Part shown: one piece after another, positions 18,988 to 28,791 of the stretch
How the letters are laid out: each line of letters begins with the position of its first letter
Position numbering within the stretch: position 1 is the stretch's first letter
Source: Bdellovibrionota bacterium
GTDB taxonomy: Bacteria; Bdellovibrionota_C; UBA2361; OMII01
NCBI GenBank assembly: GCA_044345405.1
Contig: JBIJBE010000004.1
Location: forward strand, 2,405-66,404
DNA: 64,000 nt
Direction: 5' to 3'
Position numbers and translations under genes: made by a program
Notes under the pieces: generated by a model
Databases searched by the model: none
Told to the model about the DNA's origin: nothing
What the model saw: the letters and a program-made list of their open reading frames with translations, nothing else

Positions 18988-19509
18988 ATGTACGGCAGAA
19001 GATACTACCCAGCAGGATACGGAACGGGACAAGGACTCTATGCGCCGACGCTCTTTAACCCGTTTCGGGGACTCGTCGGTGGAAGCCTCATGATCGCGGG
19101 TGTTATCGTGATCATGAATATGGTTGCTCCCCAGGTGTTAGAACATGCAATTCCCGACTGGAAACTTCGCTACGGCGGCATCGTTGTAGTCGCGGTAATT
19201 TTCGGATTCCTTCGCTCAATCCTTCGAATGTTTCTGCCACTCGCCGCTCTTGGCTTTTGGGTCGTTGCCATGTTCGCGCTGATGCACACCTCTGCTCCTT
19301 CATGGGTCTCCCTACCGAAGCTGCCCTCAGTCACCGCACAGGCATCACCATCTCACGTGACACCCACACCACCCGCGGCCACCATCAAGGCACTTCATGG
19401 ATCCAATGCGCTTCCCGATAGCGCCTACTTTCCCGCTCAAAAGAGTTCGGGACTCGGCGCTCTGTCAAACATTCCTGGTGTTTCGTGGCTTAAAAAGTTG
19501 TTTCGATAG
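18988..19509 (+). CDS. hypothetical membrane protein
   Basis: GAGGAG SD. Three hydrophobic helices. Confidence 0.55.
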   Translation: MYGRRYYPAGYGTGQGLYAPTLFNPFRGLVGGSLMIAGVIVIMNMVAPQVLEHAIPDWKLRYGGIVVVAVIFGFLRSILRMFLPLAALGFWVVAMFALMHTSAPSWVSLPKLPSVTAQASPSHVTPTPPAATIKALHGSNALPDSAYFPAQKSSGLGALSNIPGVSWLKKLFR

Positions 19510-19650
19510 TGGGAATTTCCCTTACCTTGAGAGAAGTGCCGTTTTCCCCTTGGTGACGCTATCTTCGGTGTGGCAATAATAGGTGGTGTCCTCGGTCGCT
19601 CCGGGGAGCCTCATCACGAGAGCGTGAGTCTATTCCAGAGAGGGAACCTT

Positions 19651-19947
19651 ATGAAAACGATCCGAGTCCTATGCCTGGTTGCGGCTATCTCCTCCTGCAT
19701 AATCTCCGCGACCACCACTTGCCACGCACAAAAGGATCCCGAAACCGCCGCCCGACAAGCGCAGATTGACGCCGATGAAGCACGCTCAAAGATCCAGGAC
19801 CTCGAAGAACAGCAGGCTGGCTTCGCTTCGGTTCAGAACCAAAATACTATGGAGATGGCAGCTCGAGACTCCCAAATTGGGGAGCTTCAAGAGGAGCTCG
19901 CTGAGGATGAGCAGCGACGACTCATCGCGGAGCGGGCTGAGAAGTAG
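19651..19947 (+). CDS. small secreted coiled-coil protein
   Basis: Internal ATG gives the signal peptide MKTIRVLCLVAAISS. The remainder is acidic and helical. Confidence 0.45.
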   Translation: MKTIRVLCLVAAISSCIISATTTCHAQKDPETAARQAQIDADEARSKIQDLEEQQAGFASVQNQNTMEMAARDSQIGELQEELAEDEQRRLIAERAEK

Positions 19948-20396
19948 CGTTTAGAGGGCGAGGGCGTGTTCTTTCGGCTCTCGCGTTCCTATTTCCGACT
20001 CGAAACGACAGGGGTGTTGAGAGCCTATCTCGTCACAATCCTGTTTACCGGCCCGCGTGTCTAGGCCAGCACCACCGACAATTAAACGCCCATTTCCATT
20101 CTCTTTTCGGGTACGTTCACGTTTACGTGCAGGTGCAGGTGCACGTCCATGAGGAGCTGGTGAGACGAGGTGATGGAATCAGACCTTCCAGGATATCTAT
20201 TTGCTTTAGCAAACAAATGACCCTACGATGAAACCGTTCGCTCTTTACAATTTCATCTGGGTAACGACATCAAAGACTCAAAAGGTCTCTCTCTTGAGTC
20301 GCAAGGCGCCTTAACACGCGACGATCGCCTGTTAGGCCGCCTTGCGACGCAAAATGGTTTTGCGGCGAAGGCTTGTCATCAGAAGAGAAATTAGAC

Positions 20397-20888
20397 ATGA
20401 ACTCGACGAAGAAAGTTATCACGATGGTCCTGCTGGCCGGCGCTTGCCTGGTCTGCACGACGGAAACCGCCTCGGCCGGGTCCCCTTTGGGGGGCTTAGC
20501 GGGGGCATATGTGCGGCGGTTCGCAGGGCCTGCCATCCGGCAGGCGAATCCAGCGGCGTATTCCGCTCTGCTGGCGGTGAACAGGTCTGTCCCGCCGCAA
20601 GTGAAGAACAACTGGAACAACCAGTTCAACCCCTACAGGAGCGGAGGAACACCGTGGAATGCCGAGCTTAACTACTGGAGGTCTATGCCTCCAGAGGTGC
20701 GCAACAGCATCGACAAGCAACAAAGAATCGCTCGGCAGCAGCAGATGGGCTACACCCAGCCGCTGCCGCCGCAGGTGATTTACGTTGTTCCCGCTCCACC
20801 GGCTACCGTTTCCTACGGAGCTGGTGCAGCCGTAATCCCTGCGCCGCCGCCCCCCAGTGAGTTGCCTCGCATCATCCGCCCCAATTAA
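20397..20888 (+). CDS. secreted Pro-rich hypothetical protein
   Basis: Signal peptide MNSTKKVITMVLLAGACLVCTTETASA. Confidence 0.5.
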   Translation: MNSTKKVITMVLLAGACLVCTTETASAGSPLGGLAGAYVRRFAGPAIRQANPAAYSALLAVNRSVPPQVKNNWNNQFNPYRSGGTPWNAELNYWRSMPPEVRNSIDKQQRIARQQQMGYTQPLPPQVIYVVPAPPATVSYGAGAAVIPAPPPPSELPRIIRPN

Positions 20889-21061
20889 GGCAGGTGATAC
20901 AGGTGACTCTCGGGCCGGCATCAATTACACAGGTTTCTTACAAAACCTTTGATGTCGGCCCACCTTTACTCACATCGTGAGAAGAATCATTCTCACAACT
21001 CAAGCAAGACCACTCACGCAACGCGGAATCCCTACGATAGCTTTCCAAAGAGATGTTCCTA

Positions 21062-21102
21062 GACGTAGGACGTAGGACGTAGGACGTAGGACGTAGGACG
21101 TA
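21062..21102 (+). repeat. heptamer tandem repeat (GACGTAG) x5.9
   Basis: Read directly from the sequence. An inverted ctacgtc lies at about 21113. Confidence 0.9.
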
Positions 21103-21176
21103 TATCGTCGCCGTCTACGTCGACGCGCACAAGGGTCAATTTCGGGGATGCGCGGCATCTGTTGGTTCAGCGGAGA

Positions 21177-21992
21177 CTAGATAAACCCCCACCGCTTCTC
21201 CCCACCCTTCTTCCGCTCTTCCAAGGTCGCGATCTTCGCGTTCGCTTCGTGCATCGCTCGCGCCATATCTTCGAATAACTTGGACACGAGCGCGGTATGA
21301 GATCGGAGGAGATCCTCAAAGTCATCGCGCTCAAATACCATGCAAGTTGTTGGCCTGTTCGCAACCACAGACGCCATACGGGGCGCTCCCGTTAGGGCGG
21401 CGAGCGCTCCAAATATCTCCTCCTGCTTTACCTTGCCAACTTTAGCGCCGTGCGCGATCACATCGGCGTCTCCATCAACGAGACAGAGAACCTCCTGACT
21501 GAATTCACCCTCTTTGATGATAACCTCGCCGGGAGAGAAGGAACGAAACTTCGGTGGTGGTGGGACCGCTTTTACTTTGAGCGATGAAAAGAGTGAGAAG
21601 TACCGTGCCGCCGATGCCGCGACCATAGCGCTCCAAAGATGTAACGCGCTCGGGGCCTGTCGAAAGAGCGTTGTAAGTTCGTTGTTATCATATCCGACAA
21701 CGTGACTCCCGTTTTCGACACCAACGAAGGATACTCCGGGCGTCGCGCCGAACCACGGACCGATCACACCTCCCCCAACGAGTGTTTCGATCGGCCGACC
21801 GTTCACGACAACGTCGAGATGGCCATCCTTCACGACCCAGAGACAGGAGCCGTTCAACTCTAAGGTCTCACCCGCCGGGACGAAGCGCTGGCGAACGGTG
21901 CCTGTGAATCGAGGAAGCACTTCCTCGACAAATCGCTTGGAGAGCGTCTCGAATTCCTTTGGATTCTGGTGCCAGTGTAAGGTCGTTTCCAT
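21177..21992 (-). CDS. protein with two cyclic-nucleotide-binding domains, no output domain
   Basis: FGALAALTGAPRMASVVA type phosphate-binding cassette in the second domain. A weaker first domain. Confidence 0.65.
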   Translation of the reverse strand: METTLHWHQNPKEFETLSKRFVEEVLPRFTGTVRQRFVPAGETLELNGSCLWVVKDGHLDVVVNGRPIETLVGGGVIGPWFGATPGVSFVGVENGSHVVGYDNNELTTLFRQAPSALHLWSAMVAASAARYFSLFSSLKVKAVPPPPKFRSFSPGEVIIKEGEFSQEVLCLVDGDADVIAHGAKVGKVKQEEIFGALAALTGAPRMASVVANRPTTCMVFERDDFEDLLRSHTALVSKLFEDMARAMHEANAKIATLEERKKGGEKRWGFI

Positions 21993-22203
21993 ATGCCTCC
22001 CTCAGATACAAAGTAAGGGTCGAGCAGACGGTGAGTTTTCTTGAGTTTAGACCGCTAAAAAGTGAGAAAAATCAGGCGTAAAACGCCTAGGCATCCTCCC
22101 CTCGTCGCCCCCCAAACCAGGTGTGGACCGGGGCCTAAACCCTTAGTATACCTACCACCTGCGCACCGCTGTAGAAGGGCGACACCCGCCCAGGAGGATA
22201 AGA

Positions 22204-22764
22204 ATGGATTCAGCTAAGATTAAGACGTTCATGCAACTTGCCGGTCAGGGAGTTCAAAAGAAGCTTACCTCCGGAGATCCTAAGACCCGCGCCCTCGGCG
22301 CACAGCTCCTCCTCTCGGAGGTACTTGAATACGTCATCCGTGGGCTCGGCGTCGTGCCGCACATCAACGGAACGCCTGTAACCGACCCCGAAGCGGTCAC
22401 CTACGAACCCGTGAATACGCCCGATGCTGAGGAGATGGTTGATGGACTCTCAGACGTGGCCTACACGATGTACTGGAATGAGTGCGCCTTCGGAATTCCG
22501 CTCACCAAGGCGTTTGAGCTTGTGTGCGACAACAACCTTGAGAAGTTCGTTCACCTCATTGCGTGGAAGGGCGATGCTCGCGTTCTTCAACCGAACGAGT
22601 GGGACTGTGGCGTTAACGTGGCGTGGCCAACTGAGGTATCCCACGTTGAGGTCTTGAAGGTTGATGGTGAATTTTACGCGGTGGGCAAAGACGCGCGTGG
22701 CAAGGTTCGAAAGCCTTCGAGCTACAAGCCGGTTGATCTCTCCGCGCTTGTCGCGAACGCGTAA
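22204..22764 (+). CDS. MazG-like nucleotide pyrophosphohydrolase family protein (tentative)
   Basis: Strong AGGAGG SD. Helical LLSEVLEY...DGLSDVAYT pattern. Confidence 0.4.
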   Translation: MDSAKIKTFMQLAGQGVQKKLTSGDPKTRALGAQLLLSEVLEYVIRGLGVVPHINGTPVTDPEAVTYEPVNTPDAEEMVDGLSDVAYTMYWNECAFGIPLTKAFELVCDNNLEKFVHLIAWKGDARVLQPNEWDCGVNVAWPTEVSHVEVLKVDGEFYAVGKDARGKVRKPSSYKPVDLSALVANA

Positions 22765-22770
22765 CTCCGC

Positions 22771-23436
22771 GTGACTCTCGCTCCACACACTATCCTCGTA
22801 CACGGGTTCCTTCGAACCCGTCACGACATGTTTTTGTTGCGACCTCGTCTGCAAGAGCTCTTGCCGGAGACCCGTATCCACGTTTTTGGGTATCACTCGC
22901 GAAAACTCACCCTTCCTGAGATAGCCGAACGACTCGGCGATTTTGTGTCGACGACGTCGGGCGGTGAAGCGGTATCCTTTGTAGGACACTCACTCGGGGG
23001 ACTTGTGGTACGCGCGCTCGACGCAATGCAACACCACCCAGCTCCCCTCTCACGATTAGTAACGCTCGGCACTCCGCATCAAGGAGCTTGCATCGCCGGC
23101 GTGATGGCGCGACTCCCCGTTCTTGGTCCGTTTGGTGGTCCTATTCTTCACGATCTCCGCCAACCTCCCCTCCCCCCTCAGCCCCGAGCAGTTCAGGTGG
23201 GGTGCATTATCGGCCACACAAAAACCCGATTCGGATATCTCCCGTTCTTTGGACGGGACAACGATGGGCTCGTGTGTGTCGATGAAGCGATCTTTCCCGC
23301 GTGTACGGCGGAACTCCGGAATTTCACCTTTCATGGGCTCTTTCCCTTCCTCAAAAGCACCGCCCACCTCTCCGCTCACTTCCTCCGTCACGGCTCATTT
23401 AGCCCTCTTGAAACGGCCAAAACAGCCTTGCCATAA
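22771..23436 (+). CDS. alpha/beta hydrolase (lipase-like)
   Basis: GHSLGG nucleophile elbow. Confidence 0.6.
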   Translation: MTLAPHTILVHGFLRTRHDMFLLRPRLQELLPETRIHVFGYHSRKLTLPEIAERLGDFVSTTSGGEAVSFVGHSLGGLVVRALDAMQHHPAPLSRLVTLGTPHQGACIAGVMARLPVLGPFGGPILHDLRQPPLPPQPRAVQVGCIIGHTKTRFGYLPFFGRDNDGLVCVDEAIFPACTAELRNFTFHGLFPFLKSTAHLSAHFLRHGSFSPLETAKTALP

Positions 23437-23520
23437 CTACGTTATTCCGGCACGTTATAACAACTCACTCGCAGACAAATCCGTATACCGGGTATAGTGA
23501 GTAGATTGTAGGAAGCCCCT

Positions 23521-24132
23521 GTGACCAACACCTCAAAAGTCATCGCAATAACCGGAGGGATCGGGTCCGGAAAATCCGCTGTGGCGAAGCTCTTCGAGCA
23601 GTGGGGTGCCCAAACCGTGGACGCCGATATCCTCGCCCGTGAAGTTGTAGAACCGGGCTCCGAGGGCTTTCAGCGGGTGGTCAATAACTTTGGCGAGGAT
23701 ATGGTGCTTGCCGATGGTTCGCTGAATCGCCCCAAGTTGGCTTCCATTATCTTCTCAGATCCCGAGAGGAAGAAGCTGCTCGAGTCCTTACTGCATCCCC
23801 TCATCCGGGAGCGATGGCTTCGCAAGATGGAGCAGATCAAGCAAACCAACGCGCCCGTAATCGCCTATATCGTCCCCCTCTTTTTCGAATCAACCGCCAA
23901 GATGCCAGAGATAGAGAAGGTAGTTCTTGTCTCCGCGCCCGAGGAAACACGCGTAGCTCGGATCATGGCGCGAGACCTCTTCCCCGCTCACATCGCTGCG
24001 CAACGCATTAAGGCGCAGCTCCCCGATAGCGCGAAGATCGATAAGAGTGATTACATTATTAAGAACGACTCATCGCTAGAGCAGTTGGAGTCGCGGGCTC
24101 GCGAGGTGTTTAGCGCGTTGGCGGCGAATTAG
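23521..24132 (+). CDS. coaE: dephospho-CoA kinase
   Basis: ITGGIGSGKS P-loop, 203 aa, typical CoaE layout. Confidence 0.85.
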   Translation: MTNTSKVIAITGGIGSGKSAVAKLFEQWGAQTVDADILAREVVEPGSEGFQRVVNNFGEDMVLADGSLNRPKLASIIFSDPERKKLLESLLHPLIRERWLRKMEQIKQTNAPVIAYIVPLFFESTAKMPEIEKVVLVSAPEETRVARIMARDLFPAHIAAQRIKAQLPDSAKIDKSDYIIKNDSSLEQLESRAREVFSALAAN

Positions 24133-24161
24133 GCTGTCCTAAGGATTCCCGTTCCGGCACA

Positions 24162-24255
24162 CGGGAGGGCGGTCATTCCTGACCGCCGAAAAGCCACGTA
24201 ACGCAGACGGATTTCGCCTCACGCAACGCGGCGGTCAGGAATGACCGCCCTCCCG
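24162..24255. repeat. family-2 REP doublet (perfect 27-nt inverted arms, 40-nt spacer)
   Basis: cgggagggcggtcattcctgaccgccg at 24162-24188 and its exact reverse complement at 24229-24255. Each arm is itself a hairpin, ggcggtca-ttcc-tgaccgcc. Confidence 0.85.
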
Positions 24256-24268
24256 ACAACGCCGCCCC

Positions 24269-25558
24269 CTACGCCCTCTTATTCATCGGAACGTACTCCG
24301 ACGACGCTGGCCCGGTGTAGATCTGACGAGGGCGATTGATCTTGTTGCCCGGCTCCAGGTTGTACTCACGCGAATGCGCAATCCATCCTGGAAGACGTCC
24401 AAGCGCGAACATTACGGTGAACGCCACGGTCGGGATCTTCATCGCCTTGTAGATAATACCGCTGTAGAAATCCACGTTCGGGTAGAGCTTACGCTCGACG
24501 AAATACGGATCTTTCAACGCCGCCTCTTCAAGCTCATGCGCGATGTCGAGAAGAGGATCTGAGATCTTCATCTTCGCGAGAAGCTTATCGCACGCCGCTT
24601 TAATGATCTTCGCGCGCGGGTCGAAGTTCTTGTACACGCGGTGACCGAAGCCCATCAACTTAAAGTTGCTGTTCTTGTCCTTCGCCATATCAACGAACTT
24701 CTTTACGCTCTGCCCGCTCTCACGGATCTGCGTAAGCATGTCGATAACCTCCTCGTTGGCGCCACCGTGACGGGGGCCCCAGAGCGCGCAGATTCCCGCG
24801 GTAATAGCCGCGAAGAGATTAGCCTTGCTGCTGGAAACCATTCGAACGGTCGACGTCGAGCAGTTCTGCTCGTGATCCGCGTGAAGGATAAGGAGAAGGT
24901 TGAGGGTCTCCGTCATAACCGGATCCACCTCGTAATGCTCCGCTGGGGTGGAGAACATCATGTGCAGGAAGTTCTCGCAGTACGACATATGGTTCTGCGG
25001 ATACATCAACGGCTGGCCGATAGACTTCTTGTACGCGAACGCCGCGATCGTTGGGAGCTTCGCGAGCAGTCGAACTGAGTTCAAGGAGAACTGCTCGTCC
25101 TCAGACTTGCCCTCCTCATGTTGATAGAACGTCGAAAGGGAAGAAACCACTGAGGCGAGGATAGCCATCGGATGCGCGTCACGAGGGAACCCATCGTAGA
25201 ACCGCTTAATATCCTCGTGGATCATCGTGTGGCGACGAACCCGATTGGTGAAGTTGTCGAGCTCGTCACGGGTCGGGAGCTTTCCTTCGATCAAGAGGTA
25301 GGCGGTCTCTAAAAAGGAACTTCGCTCAGCGAGTACCTCGATCGGAATACCACGATACCGAAGGATTCCAGTCTCACCATCAATAAAGGTGATAGCGCTT
25401 GAGCACGCTCCAGTGTTCATGTACCCGTTATCGAGGGTCACGTATCCGGTCTTAGCCCGGAGCTGGGAGATATCGATCCCCTTCTCATTCTCCGTGCCTA
25501 CAACAACTGGAAGTTCAATGGACTGTCCTGCGAGTTTCAGCTCTGCGGTCTCGGACAT
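24269..25558 (-). CDS. gltA: citrate synthase
   Basis: GFGHRVYKNFDPRA signature. Start moved to Met47 of the ORF (AAGGAG SD). Confidence 0.9.
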   Translation of the reverse strand: MSETAELKLAGQSIELPVVVGTENEKGIDISQLRAKTGYVTLDNGYMNTGACSSAITFIDGETGILRYRGIPIEVLAERSSFLETAYLLIEGKLPTRDELDNFTNRVRRHTMIHEDIKRFYDGFPRDAHPMAILASVVSSLSTFYQHEEGKSEDEQFSLNSVRLLAKLPTIAAFAYKKSIGQPLMYPQNHMSYCENFLHMMFSTPAEHYEVDPVMTETLNLLLILHADHEQNCSTSTVRMVSSSKANLFAAITAGICALWGPRHGGANEEVIDMLTQIRESGQSVKKFVDMAKDKNSNFKLMGFGHRVYKNFDPRAKIIKAACDKLLAKMKISDPLLDIAHELEEAALKDPYFVERKLYPNVDFYSGIIYKAMKIPTVAFTVMFALGRLPGWIAHSREYNLEPGNKINRPRQIYTGPASSEYVPMNKRA

Positions 25559-25891
25559 CTGGGTCTCCTTGGAAAAACGATTAGTAGCCTCTACGTACTT
25601 AGACTCATGAGCGGGCCTGCTCGTTCCATGTAACGTTATCTTTAGTATCAAACACCCCAGAGAAATAACCCCCGAGGCGCATGGTACGGGGGGCAAGGAC
25701 TATCACCCCACGCCACCTAAACGCGCGTTCTATCCACCAGAACAACGATCCGCAAAATTATTCGGATGAGTCCGGTCCGACTGTACGACTTCAGCATCAA
25801 AATGACACCCCTTTATCCGTGCGATCTCGGCGAAAAGGGACGTTTTTTCACGGACACCGGACACCCTCGTCCGGCCTACGACGGAGACCTC

Positions 25892-27172
25892 ATGAAGATC
25901 ACTCGCTCACTCTTTGGATTCGCCTCACTCCTCGTGAGCTCAACGCTCATGTCTGGGTGCGCATACCTACGAATCGATCCGAACCACTACCTCTTTCGAA
26001 GCGATGTGATCGAATCGGTCGAACAAGAGAAGGCGATCGTCGCCAAGGCGAAGCTTGAGTGGACCGCTGATGGACGAGCTCGAGTTCTCTACGTATCGGG
26101 AACCCCTTACGAGCGCGGCTATCAACAGGGCCGACTGCTACGAGAGGAGGTCCGAGACAATCTCCTCTACCTCTACGACAAGGTACTCGACAAATATCAC
26201 TTCGAAGAGCTTCTCGATGAATCGTACGAGCGGCAACGCCCCTACATCCCTCAGGAGTATATCGACGAGATGCAGGGACTCGCGCACGGCTCTCGACTTC
26301 CACTCCGAGTCGTTCACGCCATTCACGCGCTTCCTGAGATTACTGAATGGGGCGGCAAGAGGAAGTACAAGAAGTTGATCAAGGAGATGATGGACGGCGT
26401 ACTCTTGGGCACGTCGTGCAGCAACTTCGCGGCCAATAAAACCGCAACCGCTGATGGTAAGATGTACACCGTGCGCGTGCTCGATTGGGGACTTCACAAA
26501 CTTTCGAAGCTTCATGAATACCCACTCATCACCGTCAACGTCCCAGATAAGGGCAAGGGAGTTCCATCCGCCAATATCGGCTGGGCGGGATTCCTTGGTG
26601 CCGTTTCCGGTATGAACGCCGAGGGAATTACACTTGGAGAGATGGGATACGGAGACCCAGAGGGTGAAACGATGCGTGGACGTCCGATGCCGTTCGTGTT
26701 GCGTGACGTTTTGACCTACGCCAAAAACTTAAAAGACGTTCGCAAGATCATCAAAGAAGCACCTCCAACGAACTCGTTCGTGTTCCTGATGAGCGATGGC
26801 AAGACCGGTGACGCCGAGCTGTACGTCCGTGACCGATACCGCTTCGAGACCTTCAAAGCCGGTAAGGATCTTGAGGATAAAAACAAGAAATTCCCGGCCA
26901 TTCCAGGAATCGTCTACGGTGGACACTACCAAGAGAAGATGACGACTAAGTTAGGTGAAACCCGCGGCACAATGACTCCAGAGATCATCATGAAGGAAGT
27001 CATCCCGTACATCGCGATGCCGTCTAACTTCCAAAACGTACTCTACTCTCCGAACGACCTCTCGTTCTGGTTCACCAACGCGGCGGGACCGAAAGCTCGA
27101 GCGGCAGAGCAGCCGTACACCTTCTACGACTTCAAGGCTGGCCTGAAGTCGTTTGAGGCGGGGGCGAAGTAG
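25892..27172 (+). CDS. lipoprotein, C45/Ntn-hydrolase (acyl-CoA:6-APA acyltransferase-like) family (tentative)
   Basis: Lipobox LMSGC after ATG 25892. LGTSCSNFAA candidate nucleophile Cys. Confidence 0.5.
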   Translation: MKITRSLFGFASLLVSSTLMSGCAYLRIDPNHYLFRSDVIESVEQEKAIVAKAKLEWTADGRARVLYVSGTPYERGYQQGRLLREEVRDNLLYLYDKVLDKYHFEELLDESYERQRPYIPQEYIDEMQGLAHGSRLPLRVVHAIHALPEITEWGGKRKYKKLIKEMMDGVLLGTSCSNFAANKTATADGKMYTVRVLDWGLHKLSKLHEYPLITVNVPDKGKGVPSANIGWAGFLGAVSGMNAEGITLGEMGYGDPEGETMRGRPMPFVLRDVLTYAKNLKDVRKIIKEAPPTNSFVFLMSDGKTGDAELYVRDRYRFETFKAGKDLEDKNKKFPAIPGIVYGGHYQEKMTTKLGETRGTMTPEIIMKEVIPYIAMPSNFQNVLYSPNDLSFWFTNAAGPKARAAEQPYTFYDFKAGLKSFEAGAK

Positions 27173-27252
27173 TACCACGGCGGTCTGAATCCCACCTTGC
27201 CCCTCTACGAGGGGCAAGCTGCCCGCCCTCCCCAATCACGGACTCGCACCCT

Positions 27253-27347
27253 GGGAGGGCGACCATTCCTGGTCGCCGTGCTGGAATCTGCGGCTCATGT
27301 CTTTTGAGGCCCGCCACATTCCGGCGAGCAGGAATGCTCGCCCTCCC
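27253..27347. repeat. family-2 REP doublet
   Basis: gggagggcgaccattcctggtcgcc at 27253-27277 and ggcgagcaggaatgctcgccctccc at 27323-27347, in inverted orientation. Confidence 0.8.
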
Positions 27348-27363
27348 GTGAGGCCAGGCGTAA

Positions 27364-28632
27364 TTACTTTGCCGACACAACCTCGACCTTCGCCGGAATA
27401 GTCACCGACTCGAGCGAGTGCTCATGATTCTTCATATCGGCGCCCCCAGCGAGAGCATGAACCCAGTAGTCAGCGTTTACGTCTTCGTTGACCGGCTCCT
27501 CTTTCGATCCGAACGCCCACCGAAACGCGGAGCCAACGCCAGCGGCGGCCTCCACAATAAGATTAAATGGCTCTTGGATGATTCGATACGGAAGGATCGA
27601 CCAGTTCCACGAGTGATTGAACGAGCGATCGTAGAATTGCACCGCCTCTTCCTCAATGTACGGGAAGGGAAACAGCCCGCCCTTATCCTTACTCGGAGGC
27701 ACAATGGAAACGGTTTGGGTGTAGAGGAGCCCCACATAATGGTCAGCCAACAAGAAGATGGTGTCGGGCCGACCGATTTGGTCACGGAGCTTTAATCCGT
27801 AGGTGAAGGGGACCGTTCTATCAAATATTCCGAGGATCAGTAGCGTGTTTTTGCCATCGAGGTACTGCGCGGTATTCTTTGGATCGGTGCGAAGCTTCGC
27901 TTGAAGCGCGTCGAAGAACTCCTGCTCGGAGTACCCTTTGTGATCGCGAACTGATTGAATGTATTTTTCGATACGGGGTTGGTTTGAGTCTCGGAAGAGA
28001 TGCACAAGGTCCGTTCCCCCAAGCACAAGCACGTTGTACTGCAACCGCTTATCGATACCGGCGGTCAACGCGACATTGATCGCCCCGCGACTAATTCCGA
28101 ACGTGCCGAATCGCTTTTTCCCGAACTCACCCTCAAAGAAATCGAGCGCGAGTCGGTCACGAATGATGTTGAGCCGAAAGACCTCCTCAAGCTGATCGAA
28201 CATCTTCGGGTCTTTGAACTCATTACTCCGGTTGACAATTGCTGCGTCAAATCCCGATTCAACAAGGTACTTCGCGATGTGCTTCTCGATGAAGTTCTTT
28301 CCTCCAAGAACGGGGAATACAAGAACCAAGTGGTCCGACTTCTCCCGCCCCTCAAAGTAATCGATCACGATCGGCCCGGCATAGGACTCGATCGTAATAT
28401 GCTTGAGTGTGTAGAGCTCGGTGTCCTGTAAGATCTCAGTTCGAAAATCACCGTACGCGGCGGTCGGTTTGTAGTACTCCTCCATCGCGGCGGGACGCGC
28501 GGGAGGGCCCTCGTACCAGGAGTCCCCTGAGAGCCTAAAGCACCCAGCGCTCGCGAGGGTTATGAAGATGAGAAGGAGTCGCACGAGATAGTTCACCCAG
28601 ACAATCACCACTTCAACGCCACACGACACCAT
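27364..28632 (-). CDS. lipoprotein, alpha/beta-hydrolase-like
   Basis: LASAGC lipobox-like N-terminus. GISRGA elbow-like motif. Confidence 0.5.
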   Translation of the reverse strand: MVSCGVEVVIVWVNYLVRLLLIFITLASAGCFRLSGDSWYEGPPARPAAMEEYYKPTAAYGDFRTEILQDTELYTLKHITIESYAGPIVIDYFEGREKSDHLVLVFPVLGGKNFIEKHIAKYLVESGFDAAIVNRSNEFKDPKMFDQLEEVFRLNIIRDRLALDFFEGEFGKKRFGTFGISRGAINVALTAGIDKRLQYNVLVLGGTDLVHLFRDSNQPRIEKYIQSVRDHKGYSEQEFFDALQAKLRTDPKNTAQYLDGKNTLLILGIFDRTVPFTYGLKLRDQIGRPDTIFLLADHYVGLLYTQTVSIVPPSKDKGGLFPFPYIEEEAVQFYDRSFNHSWNWSILPYRIIQEPFNLIVEAAAGVGSAFRWAFGSKEEPVNEDVNADYWVHALAGGADMKNHEHSLESVTIPAKVEVVSAK

Positions 28633-28791
28633 TCGCGGGCCCTTTTTCGGTGATATGAGGTAGGATGATTCTCCCCCGAAAGCCGTATCGCGCCCTCACC
28701 GGATTATTTCAGGGAGATCAAATAATTGGCGGAATAAAACGGTCGTTCTCCCGTCAATACCCCTCTTGGACAGCCCTTTGGCGCTCTTCGA

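Noticed and set aside
21062-21102. Possible CRISPR array or plasmid iterons
   Set aside because: The unit is only 7 nt with no spacers, and there are no cas or rep genes. It is a simple microsatellite.
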